NCBI GenBank assembly: GCA_965233165.1
Contig: CBDDRX010000102.1
Location: forward strand, 8,776-72,775
Origin: an uncultured bacterium
GTDB lineage: Bacteria > Pseudomonadota > Gammaproteobacteria > Burkholderiales > SG8-39
Reading direction: 5' to 3'
Length of the DNA: 64,000 nt
The notes beneath the pieces are model-generated. The model searched no databases. It was not told the origin of the DNA and was given only the letters and a program-made list of their open reading frames with translations. A program made the translations under genes and the position numbers. This document shows, piece by piece, positions 1 through 9,400 of this stretch; position 1 is the first letter of the stretch; every line of letters starts with the position of its first letter.

Positions 1-67
1 TGGCACTCGTCCTTGATCGCTTCCTTTCGGCGCCACCGAGCGCCTAACACTCTTACCGAGAGATCCG

Positions 68-1528
68 ATGAAAACCGAAATTCCTTCCGCGCTTCCCGTT
101 GCCGTCATCGGCGGTGGTCCCGTCGGCCTCGCAGCCGCTGCCCACCTTGCCGAACGTGAAATCCCGTTTATCGTGTTCGAGGCGGGCAAATCCGTCGGCG
201 AAAACATCGCCGGCTATGGCTACGTACGCCTCTTCTCACCGTGGCGATTCAATATGGATCGCGCGGCCGTGCGCCTGTTGCAAGCCGATGGCTGGAAGGC
301 TCCTCGCCCGGATGATCTGCCGACCGCAGGCGAAGTGGTGCGGGATTACCTGGCTCCGCTGTCGCGGAGTCCTCGGCTATCAAAGCACATCCGCCTCGGG
401 GCGCGGATCATCGCGATTTCACGGGCGAACCATGACAAGGTGAAAACCGCAGGCCGCGAATCTGCGCCGTTCATCGTCCAAGCCGAGGAGGAAGGACGCA
501 TCACGGAATACTCCGCGCGTGCCGTGCTCGATGCGTCGGGGACGTGGAATCAGCCCAACCCGATCGGCGCCCATGGACTGCCGGCTATCGGCGAGCGCGA
601 GAACGCCGGACGCATCGCCTATGGCATGCCGGATATCTTGCGGGGGTCGCGGAATCGCTATGCCGGCCGCAAGGTCCTTGTGGTTGGCGCGGGACATTCT
701 GCGGCCGGGAACCTGCTTTCGCTTGCCACGCTCGCCCGCGAGGTTCCCGGCACACACATCGCATGGGCAGTTCGCGGAAAGGACATGCGCCGGCTTTTCG
801 GTGGCGGCGAGAACGACGGCCTGGCGGCGCGCGGCGCGCTCGGTACCGAGCTGCGGCGCTTGGTGGAGAAGGGTTCGTTGGAGATCCATACGGGCTTCCG
901 CACCAGCCGCATCGAGGCAGCCGGCCACCAGTTGCGCATCGTCGCCGAGGATCCGACATTGCCCGCAATCGAGGACGTGGACGAAGTGATCGCCGCTACG
1001 GGATGTCGTCCCGACCTTTCACTGAGCAGAGAACTGCGCGTACGGAACGACGAGTGGCTTGAAAGCACCGAAGCCCTCGCGCCGCTTATCGACCCCAATG
1101 TCCATTCGTGCGGCACCGTGCGGCCGCATGGTCATAGGGAGCTCAAGCATCCGGAGTCCGGTTTCTATGCGATCGGCGCCAAGGCTTACGGCCGAGCGCC
1201 GAACTTCCTGATGGCGACCGGATACGAGCAAGCCCGCTCGGTGGTGGCTGCGCTCGCGGGCGACATGGTGGCTGCGGACGACGTCCAGCTGGAATTGCCC
1301 GAGACCGGAGTTTGTTCTACGGACCTACTTGTCGGGGCCGAGGCGGCCGTGGCCAGCGCATGCTGCGGCGGTCCGGCGAAGACTGATGCGAGCGCCTGCT
1401 GTGTCCTGGACGAGGAAAAGAAAGCCGAAGGGGAGGCGGGATGCGGCTGCTCGACGCCGACGCCTGCGCCAAAGGTCCGCGAGCCGATCAAGATCGAAAC
1501 TGCGGAAAAGTCTGGCTGCTGCGGCTGA
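68..1528 (+). CDS. FAD/NAD(P)-dependent oxidoreductase (flavin monooxygenase-like) with Cys-rich C-terminal tail; family often found in arsenic-resistance clusters
   Basis: GGGPVG FAD-binding and GAGHSA NAD(P)-binding motifs; LIDPNVHSCGTV and YGRAPNFLMATGYEQ motifs; tail ACCGG..ACC..GCGC..GCCG. Confidence 0.85.
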   Translation: MKTEIPSALPVAVIGGGPVGLAAAAHLAEREIPFIVFEAGKSVGENIAGYGYVRLFSPWRFNMDRAAVRLLQADGWKAPRPDDLPTAGEVVRDYLAPLSRSPRLSKHIRLGARIIAISRANHDKVKTAGRESAPFIVQAEEEGRITEYSARAVLDASGTWNQPNPIGAHGLPAIGERENAGRIAYGMPDILRGSRNRYAGRKVLVVGAGHSAAGNLLSLATLAREVPGTHIAWAVRGKDMRRLFGGGENDGLAARGALGTELRRLVEKGSLEIHTGFRTSRIEAAGHQLRIVAEDPTLPAIEDVDEVIAATGCRPDLSLSRELRVRNDEWLESTEALAPLIDPNVHSCGTVRPHGHRELKHPESGFYAIGAKAYGRAPNFLMATGYEQARSVVAALAGDMVAADDVQLELPETGVCSTDLLVGAEAAVASACCGGPAKTDASACCVLDEEKKAEGEAGCGCSTPTPAPKVREPIKIETAEKSGCCG

Positions 1529-1578
1529 CACGGCGAACCCGCTGATCCACGGCCGTCCCAGGTCGTCCAGCGCCGAAG

Positions 1579-1672
1579 TGGGGGTAGCATTGGGGGTAGC
1601 GGTGGCCTGGTATGAAGTGTCGCCGCTACTTCAGTTACTTACGGAATTTCCCGGCGGACTCACTCTCCGCCA
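1579..1672 (+). mobile_element. Probable right end (att) of an integrative element targeting a tRNA-Ser 3' end
   Basis: Direct repeat TGGGGGTAGC at 1579-1588 and 1591-1600 (arm-site-like); IHF-like TCAGTTACTTA at 1631-1641; CTCTCCGCCA at 1663-1672 resembles a tRNA-Ser 3' end. Confidence 0.6.
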
Positions 1673-1758
1673 GCCACTACCCTATCTCCGCGGACGTAGT
1701 ACGTACTCGATTTTCAATTCGACAAGGGCGATCCTTCGCCCGGAGTTCAGAGTGACGT

Positions 1759-2142
1759 TCACGACGTTCCGGCTTTGCGTGCGAGGCGGCTCATATAGAG
1801 CTTCGCTAGGACTGTCGCGGCCTTGGCGTAGATCCCCGGGCACTTGCTCTCTCGCGGACCGGCAACGTTAAGCGTTCTGACCCGATGCCGCACGAGCCAC
1901 GCTCGGAAAGCGCCGGTGTCGAGACGTTTGTCGAGTTGCTGGATGTACAGGGGCTTGGCGTGGATCTCGCGCGCGAGGCGCGCAGTGCGCATCGTGCCTC
2001 CGTCCAGGCGACCGCGATTGATGATCAAGGTGCCATCCGAGTCGCGCACATTCCAGTTGGTACGCTGCCCATAGTCTCGGGAGGTAGTTTCCTTTAGGCG
2101 ATAGCGTTTGGGCAGGGCACTGATTCCCACCTTTTCGAGCAA
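1759..2142 (-). pseudogene. 5'-truncated putative molybdenum-carrier (SLOG-family) protein
   Basis: RTNWNVRDSDGTLI, GGT and LNVAGPRES motifs are present; the usual N-terminal SGGQTGAD...GGWCP segment is absent. Confidence 0.65.
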
Positions 2143-2317
2143 TTTCGGCCACGTCCCCGGCCGCCTCGAAGCTCAGCACGCCATTGCTGAAGGCCAACAA
2201 AGGCCTCGGGAGCTTTCTTCGCTGCACTGATTGCCGCAGCTTATCTATGTGTCCACGCTTCCGTGATAGCCTTGCTGAGGTCCTAAAAATTGCAGTCGCC
2301 GGTTCGGAGGGGAAGGC

Positions 2318-5300
2318 GTGCTGGCCAGCTATGACCCGTGGGTGGTTAGTCTCTCGGTCGTCATCGCCGTCTTTGCTTCGTATACCGCGCTCGATCTTGC
2401 CTCTCGCGTAACGGCAGCAAGCCGCCGCGCCGCGACCCTTTGGATTCTCGGCGGCGCCTTCTCGATGGGTATCGGGATCTGGGCGATGCATTTCGTCGGC
2501 ATGCTGGCGTATCAACTGCCGATTGCGCTTGCCTACGATGTCCCCATCACCGTGCTCTCGATGGTGCCGGCGATCGGAATTTCCGCGCTCGCTTTGTTCG
2601 TCATCCGGCAACGCAGCACGCGCGTATTGAGTCTTGTCGTGGCTGGCATCCTCATGGGCATGGGCATCGTCGCCATGCATTACACCGGCATGGCGGCGAT
2701 GCGCATGCAACCGGCAATCGAGTACAGCCCCGGGCTGTTCGCGCTTTCCGTAGTGATCGCTATTGTGGCGGCGACCGCGGCGCTGTGGATCGCCGGCATC
2801 TTCCATTCCGGGGAAACCGGCGCCAAAGTGATTTACCAGAAGCTCGGAGGCGCGCTCGTCATGGGGCTCGCGATTTCGGGCATGCATTACACCGGCATGG
2901 CGGCGGCCAACGTGGCGCCCGGCAGCATCTGCCTTGTCACCCCGTACGGCGTGGCGCCGCACTGGCTCGCCGTGCTGGTCGGCGCAGGCACCTTCGTAAT
3001 CCTGTCCGTCACGCTGCTCGTGTCCGTGTTCGATGCACGGTTCGCCCAGCAAGGGCAGAAGATGCTCGCCGACCTGAGGGCGGTGCAGACGTTTCTCAGC
3101 TCGATTGTCGAAAACATGCCGAACATGGTTTTCGTCAAGGAGGCTGTGGACCTTCGCTTCGTGCATTTCAACCGGGCAGGCGAGCGCCTCACCGGATACA
3201 GCCGGGACCTGATCATCGGCAAGAATGACTACGACTTGTTTCCCAGGGAGCAGGCCGACTTTTTCGTCGGCAGAGATCGCGAGGTGCTCGCCACCCGGGA
3301 CGAGCTGGTCGTCGTCGAAGAACCCATTAGCCGCGCGGACGGCACGACTCGGCTGCTTCGGACTGTAAAGCTTTCGATCGAGGACGAGCAAGGCAGGCCA
3401 AAGTACCTGCTCGGAATTTCCGAGGACATAACGGATCGCAGGCGCGCCGAAGAGCAGCTGCGCATCGCGGCCCGGGCATTCGAGAATACCGCAGACGGCG
3501 TGGTCATCTATGACGCGCAGCGGCGCATCGATTCGGTAAACAAGTCGTTCACCACGATTACCGGCTATCAGGAGCACGAGGTGGTCGGCAAGCACGCTGA
3601 TTTCTTCCGCTCTGCCCAGCATGACGACGCTTTCTACCGCGACGTCGACAGCGTTGTTGAGCAAAACGGGCGCTGGCAGGGCGAGATGACGCTGCGCCGA
3701 AAGAGCGGCGAAATCTTTCCTGCACTGTCCAGCATCAGCGCGGTAAGCGACGAACGGGGCGTCACAACAAACTACGTCACGGTGTTCAACGACATTTCGA
3801 GCTTCAAGGAGTATGAGGCGAAGCTCGAATTCATCGCACGCCACGACTCTTTGACCGGACTGCCGAATCGCGCATTTTTCCAGGAACGGTTCAGGCTGGC
3901 GCTTGCAAAGGCTCGCCGCCACAACGTCGCGGTCGTACTGCTATTCATCGATCTCGACCAGTTCAAGACGATCAACGACTCTCTGGGACACCAGGTGGGC
4001 GATGAGCTGCTCCAGGCGGTGGCGACTCGTCTGCAGACCTGCGTGAGAGAAACCGACTTGGTCGCCCGGCTAGGAGGCGACGAGTTCACGATCATGGTCG
4101 ACGATCTTAACAACGCACAGCATGCCGGGAAGATCGCGGAGAAGCTATTAGGCGCGCTGGCCATTCCCATCCAGGTTCGCGAACACAACCTCGTCATCGC
4201 GGCCAGCATTGGCATCAGCTGCTATCCGCAGGACGGCCCGGACGCCGAAACGTTGCTCAAGAACGCCGACGCGGCGATGTACGCGGCCAAGCAGGCGGGG
4301 CGCAGTACGTTCAGGTTCTTCGAGCCGCAAATGAACGAACAGGTGATGAAGCGCGTGCAGATGGAAGCGTTGATGCGCCGGGCCCTCGAGCGCGGCGAAT
4401 TCCTGCTGCATTACCAGCCCAAGGTCGACATCGCGACCGGCGCCATCCACGGCGTCGAAGCACTCCTGCGCTGGGCGCATCCGGATCGTGGGCTCGTCTC
4501 CCCGGCCGAGTTCATTCCGATTCTCGAGGAGACCGGCCTCATTGTCCCCGTGGGCGAGTGGGTGACGCGGGAGGCCTGCCGGCAAATCAAGGCATGGCAG
4601 CAAAGTGGCTTGAAGGTGCCGCCGGTCGCGGTGAACCTGTCAGCGCGCCAGTTTCAGCAGAAGGACCTGGAAAGGAGCGTGAGCGACATTCTCAGGGAGA
4701 CGGGAGTCGCCCCGGAGCTGCTGCAGTTCGAAATCACCGAGTCGATGCTGATGAACGATCCCGAAGCAGCCGAGCGGACGCTGCGCGCCCTGAAAGCAGC
4801 CGGCGTAAAACTGTCCATCGACGATTTCGGCACGGGCTATTCCAGCCTCGCGTATCTGCGGCGATTCCCCTTGGACATGCTTAAGATCGACCGCACGTTC
4901 ATCAAGGACATGGTCGGCAACCCGGACGGCGCGGCGATCACGGTTGCAATCATCAATCTCGCCCACAGCCTCGGCCTGAAGGTCGTCGCCGAGGGCGTGG
5001 AGACTGAAGCGCAGGTCAATTTGCTGGCACTGCATTCGTGCGACGAGCTGCAAGGCTATTACTTTTCCAAGCCGGTAGCAGCCGCTGCTCTCGCAGAGAT
5101 GCTTCGCGAAGAGCGCCGGCTGGTGCGTTCCCAGAACTGGGCGAACGCAAGACCCGCCGTGCTGCTGCTCGACGACAGCGAGAGCGATCTTCGTCTGCTC
5201 CAGCGCACCTTGCAATCCGAAAACTTTGAAATCTTCACCGCTACCAATGCAGCGCAGGCATTTGCTTTGCTCGCGAGCCATCCCGTGAGCGTGGTGGTTT

Positions 5301-5545
5301 CCGACCAGCGGATGCCCGGCATGGACGGCACCGAATTCCTGGCAAAGCTGAGGAAGCTCCATCCGCATGCGCTGCGCATCGCCATCAGCGGCGCAGACGA
5401 TGCCCGGATCGTGGCCGATGCCGTCAACGAGGCGGGAATCTACAAATTCCTGTCGAAGGACTGGAACGAGGAGCGCCTGCGCAGCGAGGTGCTCGAAGCC
5501 TATCGGCGCGCGTCGACAAGCAGCCCAAAATTGGCGGGCCGCTAG
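2318..5545 (+). CDS. MHYT-PAS-PAS-GGDEF-EAL-REC c-di-GMP signalling protein
   Basis: MHFVGM/MHYTGM repeats, two PAS-like regions, LGGDEF, VEALLRW, DDFGTGYSS, C-terminal receiver (VVSDQRMPGMDG); GTG start after GGAGG. Confidence 0.92.
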   Translation: MLASYDPWVVSLSVVIAVFASYTALDLASRVTAASRRAATLWILGGAFSMGIGIWAMHFVGMLAYQLPIALAYDVPITVLSMVPAIGISALALFVIRQRSTRVLSLVVAGILMGMGIVAMHYTGMAAMRMQPAIEYSPGLFALSVVIAIVAATAALWIAGIFHSGETGAKVIYQKLGGALVMGLAISGMHYTGMAAANVAPGSICLVTPYGVAPHWLAVLVGAGTFVILSVTLLVSVFDARFAQQGQKMLADLRAVQTFLSSIVENMPNMVFVKEAVDLRFVHFNRAGERLTGYSRDLIIGKNDYDLFPREQADFFVGRDREVLATRDELVVVEEPISRADGTTRLLRTVKLSIEDEQGRPKYLLGISEDITDRRRAEEQLRIAARAFENTADGVVIYDAQRRIDSVNKSFTTITGYQEHEVVGKHADFFRSAQHDDAFYRDVDSVVEQNGRWQGEMTLRRKSGEIFPALSSISAVSDERGVTTNYVTVFNDISSFKEYEAKLEFIARHDSLTGLPNRAFFQERFRLALAKARRHNVAVVLLFIDLDQFKTINDSLGHQVGDELLQAVATRLQTCVRETDLVARLGGDEFTIMVDDLNNAQHAGKIAEKLLGALAIPIQVREHNLVIAASIGISCYPQDGPDAETLLKNADAAMYAAKQAGRSTFRFFEPQMNEQVMKRVQMEALMRRALERGEFLLHYQPKVDIATGAIHGVEALLRWAHPDRGLVSPAEFIPILEETGLIVPVGEWVTREACRQIKAWQQSGLKVPPVAVNLSARQFQQKDLERSVSDILRETGVAPELLQFEITESMLMNDPEAAERTLRALKAAGVKLSIDDFGTGYSSLAYLRRFPLDMLKIDRTFIKDMVGNPDGAAITVAIINLAHSLGLKVVAEGVETEAQVNLLALHSCDELQGYYFSKPVAAAALAEMLREERRLVRSQNWANARPAVLLLDDSESDLRLLQRTLQSENFEIFTATNAAQAFALLASHPVSVVVSDQRMPGMDGTEFLAKLRKLHPHALRIAISGADDARIVADAVNEAGIYKFLSKDWNEERLRSEVLEAYRRASTSSPKLAGR

Positions 5546-6321
5546 GCTGTCGCACCTTTGCCCGGGACGCTGCTCGGTTGTCCCGGTGCAGCGTCTCTAG
5601 GTGGGTCTCCCCCGGCTGACATCAGCGATGCGGCAATCCTTCCGAGCGTCGCCATCGCGCGCTCGAGGCGCGGCGACCAGGGATGGCCATAGTTCAGGCG
5701 GATGTAGTTGCGGCATTCCCGCCGGCACGAAAAGATGGGGCCGGGGGCGGTGCTGATACCGCTGGCCATCGCCCGGCGATGCAGCTCGAGCGCGCTCACC
5801 TGGGGCGGCAGCTCCACCCACACGAAGTAGCCGCCGTTCGGCCGCGTGGCGCGCGTGCCGGGCGGAAAGTGGGCGGCGAGCGAGCGCAGCAGCTCGTCGC
5901 GGCCGTTTTCCAGCCGGCGGCGCAGCGTGCGCAGGTAATGGTCAAAGCCACCGTGCCTCAGATAGTCGGCGATGCCCGCCTGGGCGCAGATGTTGGTCCC
6001 GAGCGTGGTCACGAGCTTGACGCGCTGCAGGGCCGGGGCGAAGCGCCCGGCCGCGCACCAGCCCACCCGATATCCGGGCGCCAGGCACTTGGAGAAGGAA
6101 GAGCAGTGCAGCACCAGGCCCTTGCGGTCGAACGCCTTCGCCGGACGCGGCTTGTCGGCGGTGAAGTAAAGCTCCTGGTACACGTCGTCCTCGATGAGCG
6201 GCACGTCATGGCGGGCGAGGAGCTTCACGAGCTCGGCCTTCTTCTCATCCGGCATGGTCGAGCCGAGGGGGTTCTGGAAGCTGGTCATCAGATAGCAGGC
6301 GGCGATCCGATGCTTCTTCAG
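5542..6321 (-). pseudogene. 3' half of a MocR/GntR-family PLP-dependent aminotransferase-like regulator; N-terminus missing
   Basis: FQNPLG, IEDDVY, SSFSKCLAPGYRVGW motifs; similarity ends abruptly at ~6321 against an EAL fragment; no wHTH region. Confidence 0.8.
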
Positions 6322-6674
6322 ATGCCGGCATCCGCATCGCGATCGACGATTTCGGCACCGGCTATTCGAGCCTCGCCTACCTCACCCGCTTCCCCGTGGC
6401 GACGCTGAAGATCGACCGCTCGTTCGTCGCCCACGCCTTGAGCGACACCGCCTCCGCCACGATCGTGCGCACGATCATCGAGATGGCCAGGACGCTTCGC
6501 TTCACGGTCGTCGGGGAGGGCGTGGAAACCGAAGCACAGGCGCAATTCCTGCGCGGCCTGGGCTGCGAGCAGGCGCAGGGCTACCTCTTTGCCAGGCCCA
6601 TGCCCGCCGGCGAGCTGGCCGCGCTCCTCGAGCCCAAGGCAACAGTGGCTGCCCGCCGACTCAGGTTTTCATGA
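6321..6674 (+). pseudogene. EAL phosphodiesterase C-terminal fragment (copy 1)
   Basis: Reads DAGIRIAIDDFGTGYSSLAYL...GEGVET...QGYLF; no EAL motif and no proper start. Confidence 0.85.
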
Positions 6675-6833
6675 TTCTCCTGCCGGCCTTGCGATTCTTG
6701 ATGAGACCGCGTCCGCCGGCTGTCTTCGCGGCACGCTTCTTCGCCCCAAAGATCGTCTAAGCGCGCCATCGCACAGAGCGGCGCGCGACGGCGCCGGTAT
6801 AAGCGGAAGCCGTCTACTCCAAAGGGGAAAGAA

Positions 6834-7181
6834 ATGAAAAGAGGACTTGTCGCAGTGCTCTGCCGCTTTATCGCCGTCGCGCTGATCATGCTGCCCTTCC
6901 AGACCGCGCAGGCGAGCCTGATCGGCACCGACCAGGCATTGTCGCCCGCGAGCGTCCAGGCCGATCGGGACCTTCTCGCCGGCTTCCTGGGCCGTTCACA
7001 GGTCGCCGCCGAGCTCCAGGCCTTCGGCGTCGACGTGCAGGTCGCGCGGGACCGGGTCGCCGCGATGACCGACGAGGAAGTGCGCTCGCTCGCGGGCCAG
7101 GTCGAAACGGCGCCAGCCGGCGGCGTGATCGTCCTCATCCTGGTCATCTTCCTGGTCTGGTTCGTCGCCTTTCGCCGCTAG
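6834..7181 (+). CDS. PA2779-like exported/membrane protein
   Basis: Signal peptide ending AQA; ARDRVAAMTDEE motif; PAGG followed by a hydrophobic C-terminal segment; purine-rich RBS. Confidence 0.75.
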   Translation: MKRGLVAVLCRFIAVALIMLPFQTAQASLIGTDQALSPASVQADRDLLAGFLGRSQVAAELQAFGVDVQVARDRVAAMTDEEVRSLAGQVETAPAGGVIVLILVIFLVWFVAFRR

Positions 7182-7201
7182 ACCCGGCGGCAGGAGCAAG
7201 G

Positions 7202-7232
7202 AAACCGCTAGGTGCCCGCCTAGCGGTTTTTC
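7202..7232 (+). terminator. Intrinsic terminator between convergent genes
   Basis: AAACCGCTAGG-tgcccg-CCTAGCGGTTT followed by more T. Confidence 0.7.
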
Positions 7233-7438
7233 ACCCCCACGAGCAGAAACACGCCGAGCGCGAGCGAGGCGATGCTGAGCGCAATGGGGATGAACACCGT
7301 CTCCTTCTCCTTCACCTGAAGCACGACCGGCCCGAGGTTTGCGGTATGCGTCTCGCTCGTGTAGGAGAAGCCGCCGTAGGCGAGGCCGAGGGCACCCGCG
7401 GCGATGAGGAGGATTCCGACGATTCTGTAGGGGTTCAT
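7220..7438 (-). CDS. Small two-TM membrane protein (DUF3185-like)
   Basis: GILLIAAGALGLAYGGFSYT..LGP..KEKETV.IP pattern with two hydrophobic helices. Confidence 0.7.
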   Translation of the reverse strand: MNPYRIVGILLIAAGALGLAYGGFSYTSETHTANLGPVVLQVKEKETVFIPIALSIASLALGVFLLVGVKNR

Positions 7439-7494
7439 GCCGCGATGCTGCCAGCCCGGGCCGCCTCGTTCTATGCGTTGTCGCGCACAGCAGG

Positions 7495-7727
7495 CGCGCG
7501 GCGGATCTTCACGGGTATTCGACGGGGCGGGCGGGGCGTTCCGGGAGCGGGATGAGCTCGGTCGGGGACGGGCGGGAAGCGGCCTGCCAGTCGTCGGCGG
7601 CCTGGTCGATGCGTGCCTTGCTGCTCGAGACGAAGTTCCACCACAGGAAGCGCGGCCCGACCGGCTCGCCGCCGAGCAGCATCAGCCGGCTGTTGCCGGC
7701 CGCCGAGATCCGCTCTTCCGAGCCGGC
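7495..7727 (-). pseudogene. Duplicated 3' end of the pirin gene plus the first codons of the GNAT gene
   Basis: Near-identical to 9383-9624 apart from 5-bp and 4-bp deletions and a few substitutions. Confidence 0.9.
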
Positions 7728-8107
7728 AGGACCCGGAGGACGCCGTCCGTGTCCTGCGGGCCCTGAGTGACGCCGGCATCCGCATCGCGATCGACGATTT
7801 CGGCACCGGCTATTCGAGCCTCGCCTACCTCACCCGCTTCCCCGTGGCGACGCTGAAGATCGACCGCTCGTTCGTCGCCCACGCCTTGAGCGACGCGGCC
7901 TCCGCGACGATCGTGCGCACGATCATCGAGATGGCCAGGACGCTTCGCTTCACGGTCGTCGGGGAGGGCGTGGAAACCCAAGCGCAGGCGAGATTCCTGC
8001 GCCGCCTCGGCTGCGAGCAGGCGCAGGGCTACTTCTTCGGAAAGCCCATGCCCGCCGACGAGCTGGCCGCGCTTCTCGAGCCGCTGGAGAAAATCGCCGC
8101 CCGGTAG
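7727..8107 (+). pseudogene. EAL phosphodiesterase C-terminal fragment (copy 2)
   Basis: QDPEDAVRVLRALSDAGIRIAIDDFGTGYSS...; 7769-8082 aligns without gaps to 6321-6634. Confidence 0.85.
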
Positions 8108-8291
8108 CCCGGCTGACCCAGCGGAACCCGGAGCTCCCTGCCCGGTCCTGGTCCCATATCGAGACAGGACAAAGTACCCCTGCAGGGCGGGAGGGCTGTC
8201 CTATATACCGAGCAGCGTTATAGGCGCACGCTGCTATGGGAGACGATCGCAACGCTGTCACCATGCTTCGAGCCGATTTCAAGGGGGATAC

Positions 8292-8924
8292 ATGAACTAC
8301 GCACTCCGAGTCATCGTGGCATCGCTCTTCGGCCTTCTTTTGGCGGGAGCGGCGCAAGCAAACGCGATCTATTCATACAGCGGAAACGCTTTCGATGCCT
8401 TCCGAGACGACGCGTTTCCTGCTGGAACGTACGACGCATCCATGCGGGTAACCGGATGGTTCGAGGTCTCTAGCGCGTTGGAGGCCAATCGCTCATTGTC
8501 GATCCTGACGCCGACGTCGTTCTCCTTTTCGGACGGTCGCAATGTATTGAACGATGGCAATGTCACCGCCTTGACCTCGGCAACCACGTCGTTTCTCCAG
8601 ATCGCAACCGACTCCACAGGCGCCATCTCGAGCTGGTATGTATCGCTCTTCAGCTTCTCAACCGGCTCGATAATTACGGCGAAAAGTGACCTGTCCTTGT
8701 GGGGTCCGGCCCAAGGTACGGGCGATTTCGCGTCCACAGAACCAAACTGGTTTTCCCCGACGACGCAGCGCGACGACGGCATAGTCTTCGGCAATGCCGG
8801 ATCTTGGACATCTACAGCTGTTGCTGCACCGATTCCTGAGCCGGAAACTTACGCCATGCTGCTGGCGGGGTTGGCAATCCTGACCTTGCACGCCCGCAGA
8901 AGGCGAAAAGCAGCTGACCATTGA
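8292..8924 (+). CDS. PEP-CTERM sorting-domain surface protein
   Basis: Signal peptide, Ser/Thr-rich body, C-terminal IPEPETYAMLLAGL-TM-RRRRK. Confidence 0.9.
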   Translation: MNYALRVIVASLFGLLLAGAAQANAIYSYSGNAFDAFRDDAFPAGTYDASMRVTGWFEVSSALEANRSLSILTPTSFSFSDGRNVLNDGNVTALTSATTSFLQIATDSTGAISSWYVSLFSFSTGSIITAKSDLSLWGPAQGTGDFASTEPNWFSPTTQRDDGIVFGNAGSWTSTAVAAPIPEPETYAMLLAGLAILTLHARRRRKAADH

Positions 8925-8938
8925 GGCAACGAGCGGAC

Positions 8939-9400
8939 TCACGCTCCGCCGCGCAAGACCAGTTTGAGTCCCTCGTGACTCGCGGAGAATCCCAGCCGCT
9001 CGTAGAAGCGCACGGCGTCGACGCGCTGCTTGTCGCTGGTGAGCTGGACGAGCCCGCAGCCTTTCTCGCCCGCGCGGGCGATCGCGTGACGCACCAGCTG
9101 CTCGCCGACGCGGTGGCCGCGCTCCTTCGAGGACACGCGCACGCCCTCGATCTGGGCGCGCCACATGCCCTGGCGGCTCAGGCCGGGAAGAAAGGTGAGC
9201 TGCAGCGTGCCGATGATCCGCCCGTCCAGCTCGGCGACGAGGAGCTCGTGGTTCGGGTCGGCGGCGATCGCTTCGAAGGCAAGAAGGTACGTTTCCGGGA
9301 GCGGGTCTTCGTTGCGCTCGCGCTTCGCGCCCAGCATGTCGTCGGCCAGGAGCGCGACGATCGCCGGGAGGTCGGCGCGTTCCGCGCGCCGGATCTTCAC
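8939..9400 (-). CDS. GNAT family N-acetyltransferase
   Basis: [37 protein letters not shown] start overlaps the pirin stop. Confidence 0.88.
   Translation of the reverse strand: MKIRRAERADLPAIVALLADDMLGAKRERNEDPLPETYLLAFEAIAADPNHELLVAELDGRIIGTLQLTFLPGLSRQGMWRAQIEGVRVSSKERGHRVGEQLVRHAIARAGEKGCGLVQLTSDKQRVDAVRFYERLGFSASHEGLKLVLRGGA

Noticed and set aside
1..47. Possible 3' end of an upstream gene (ALVLDRFLSAPPSA*)
   Set aside because: Too short to identify or support
1640..1672. Complete tRNA gene
   Set aside because: Only a 3'-end-like 10-mer; no T-loop GTTCGA or cloverleaf
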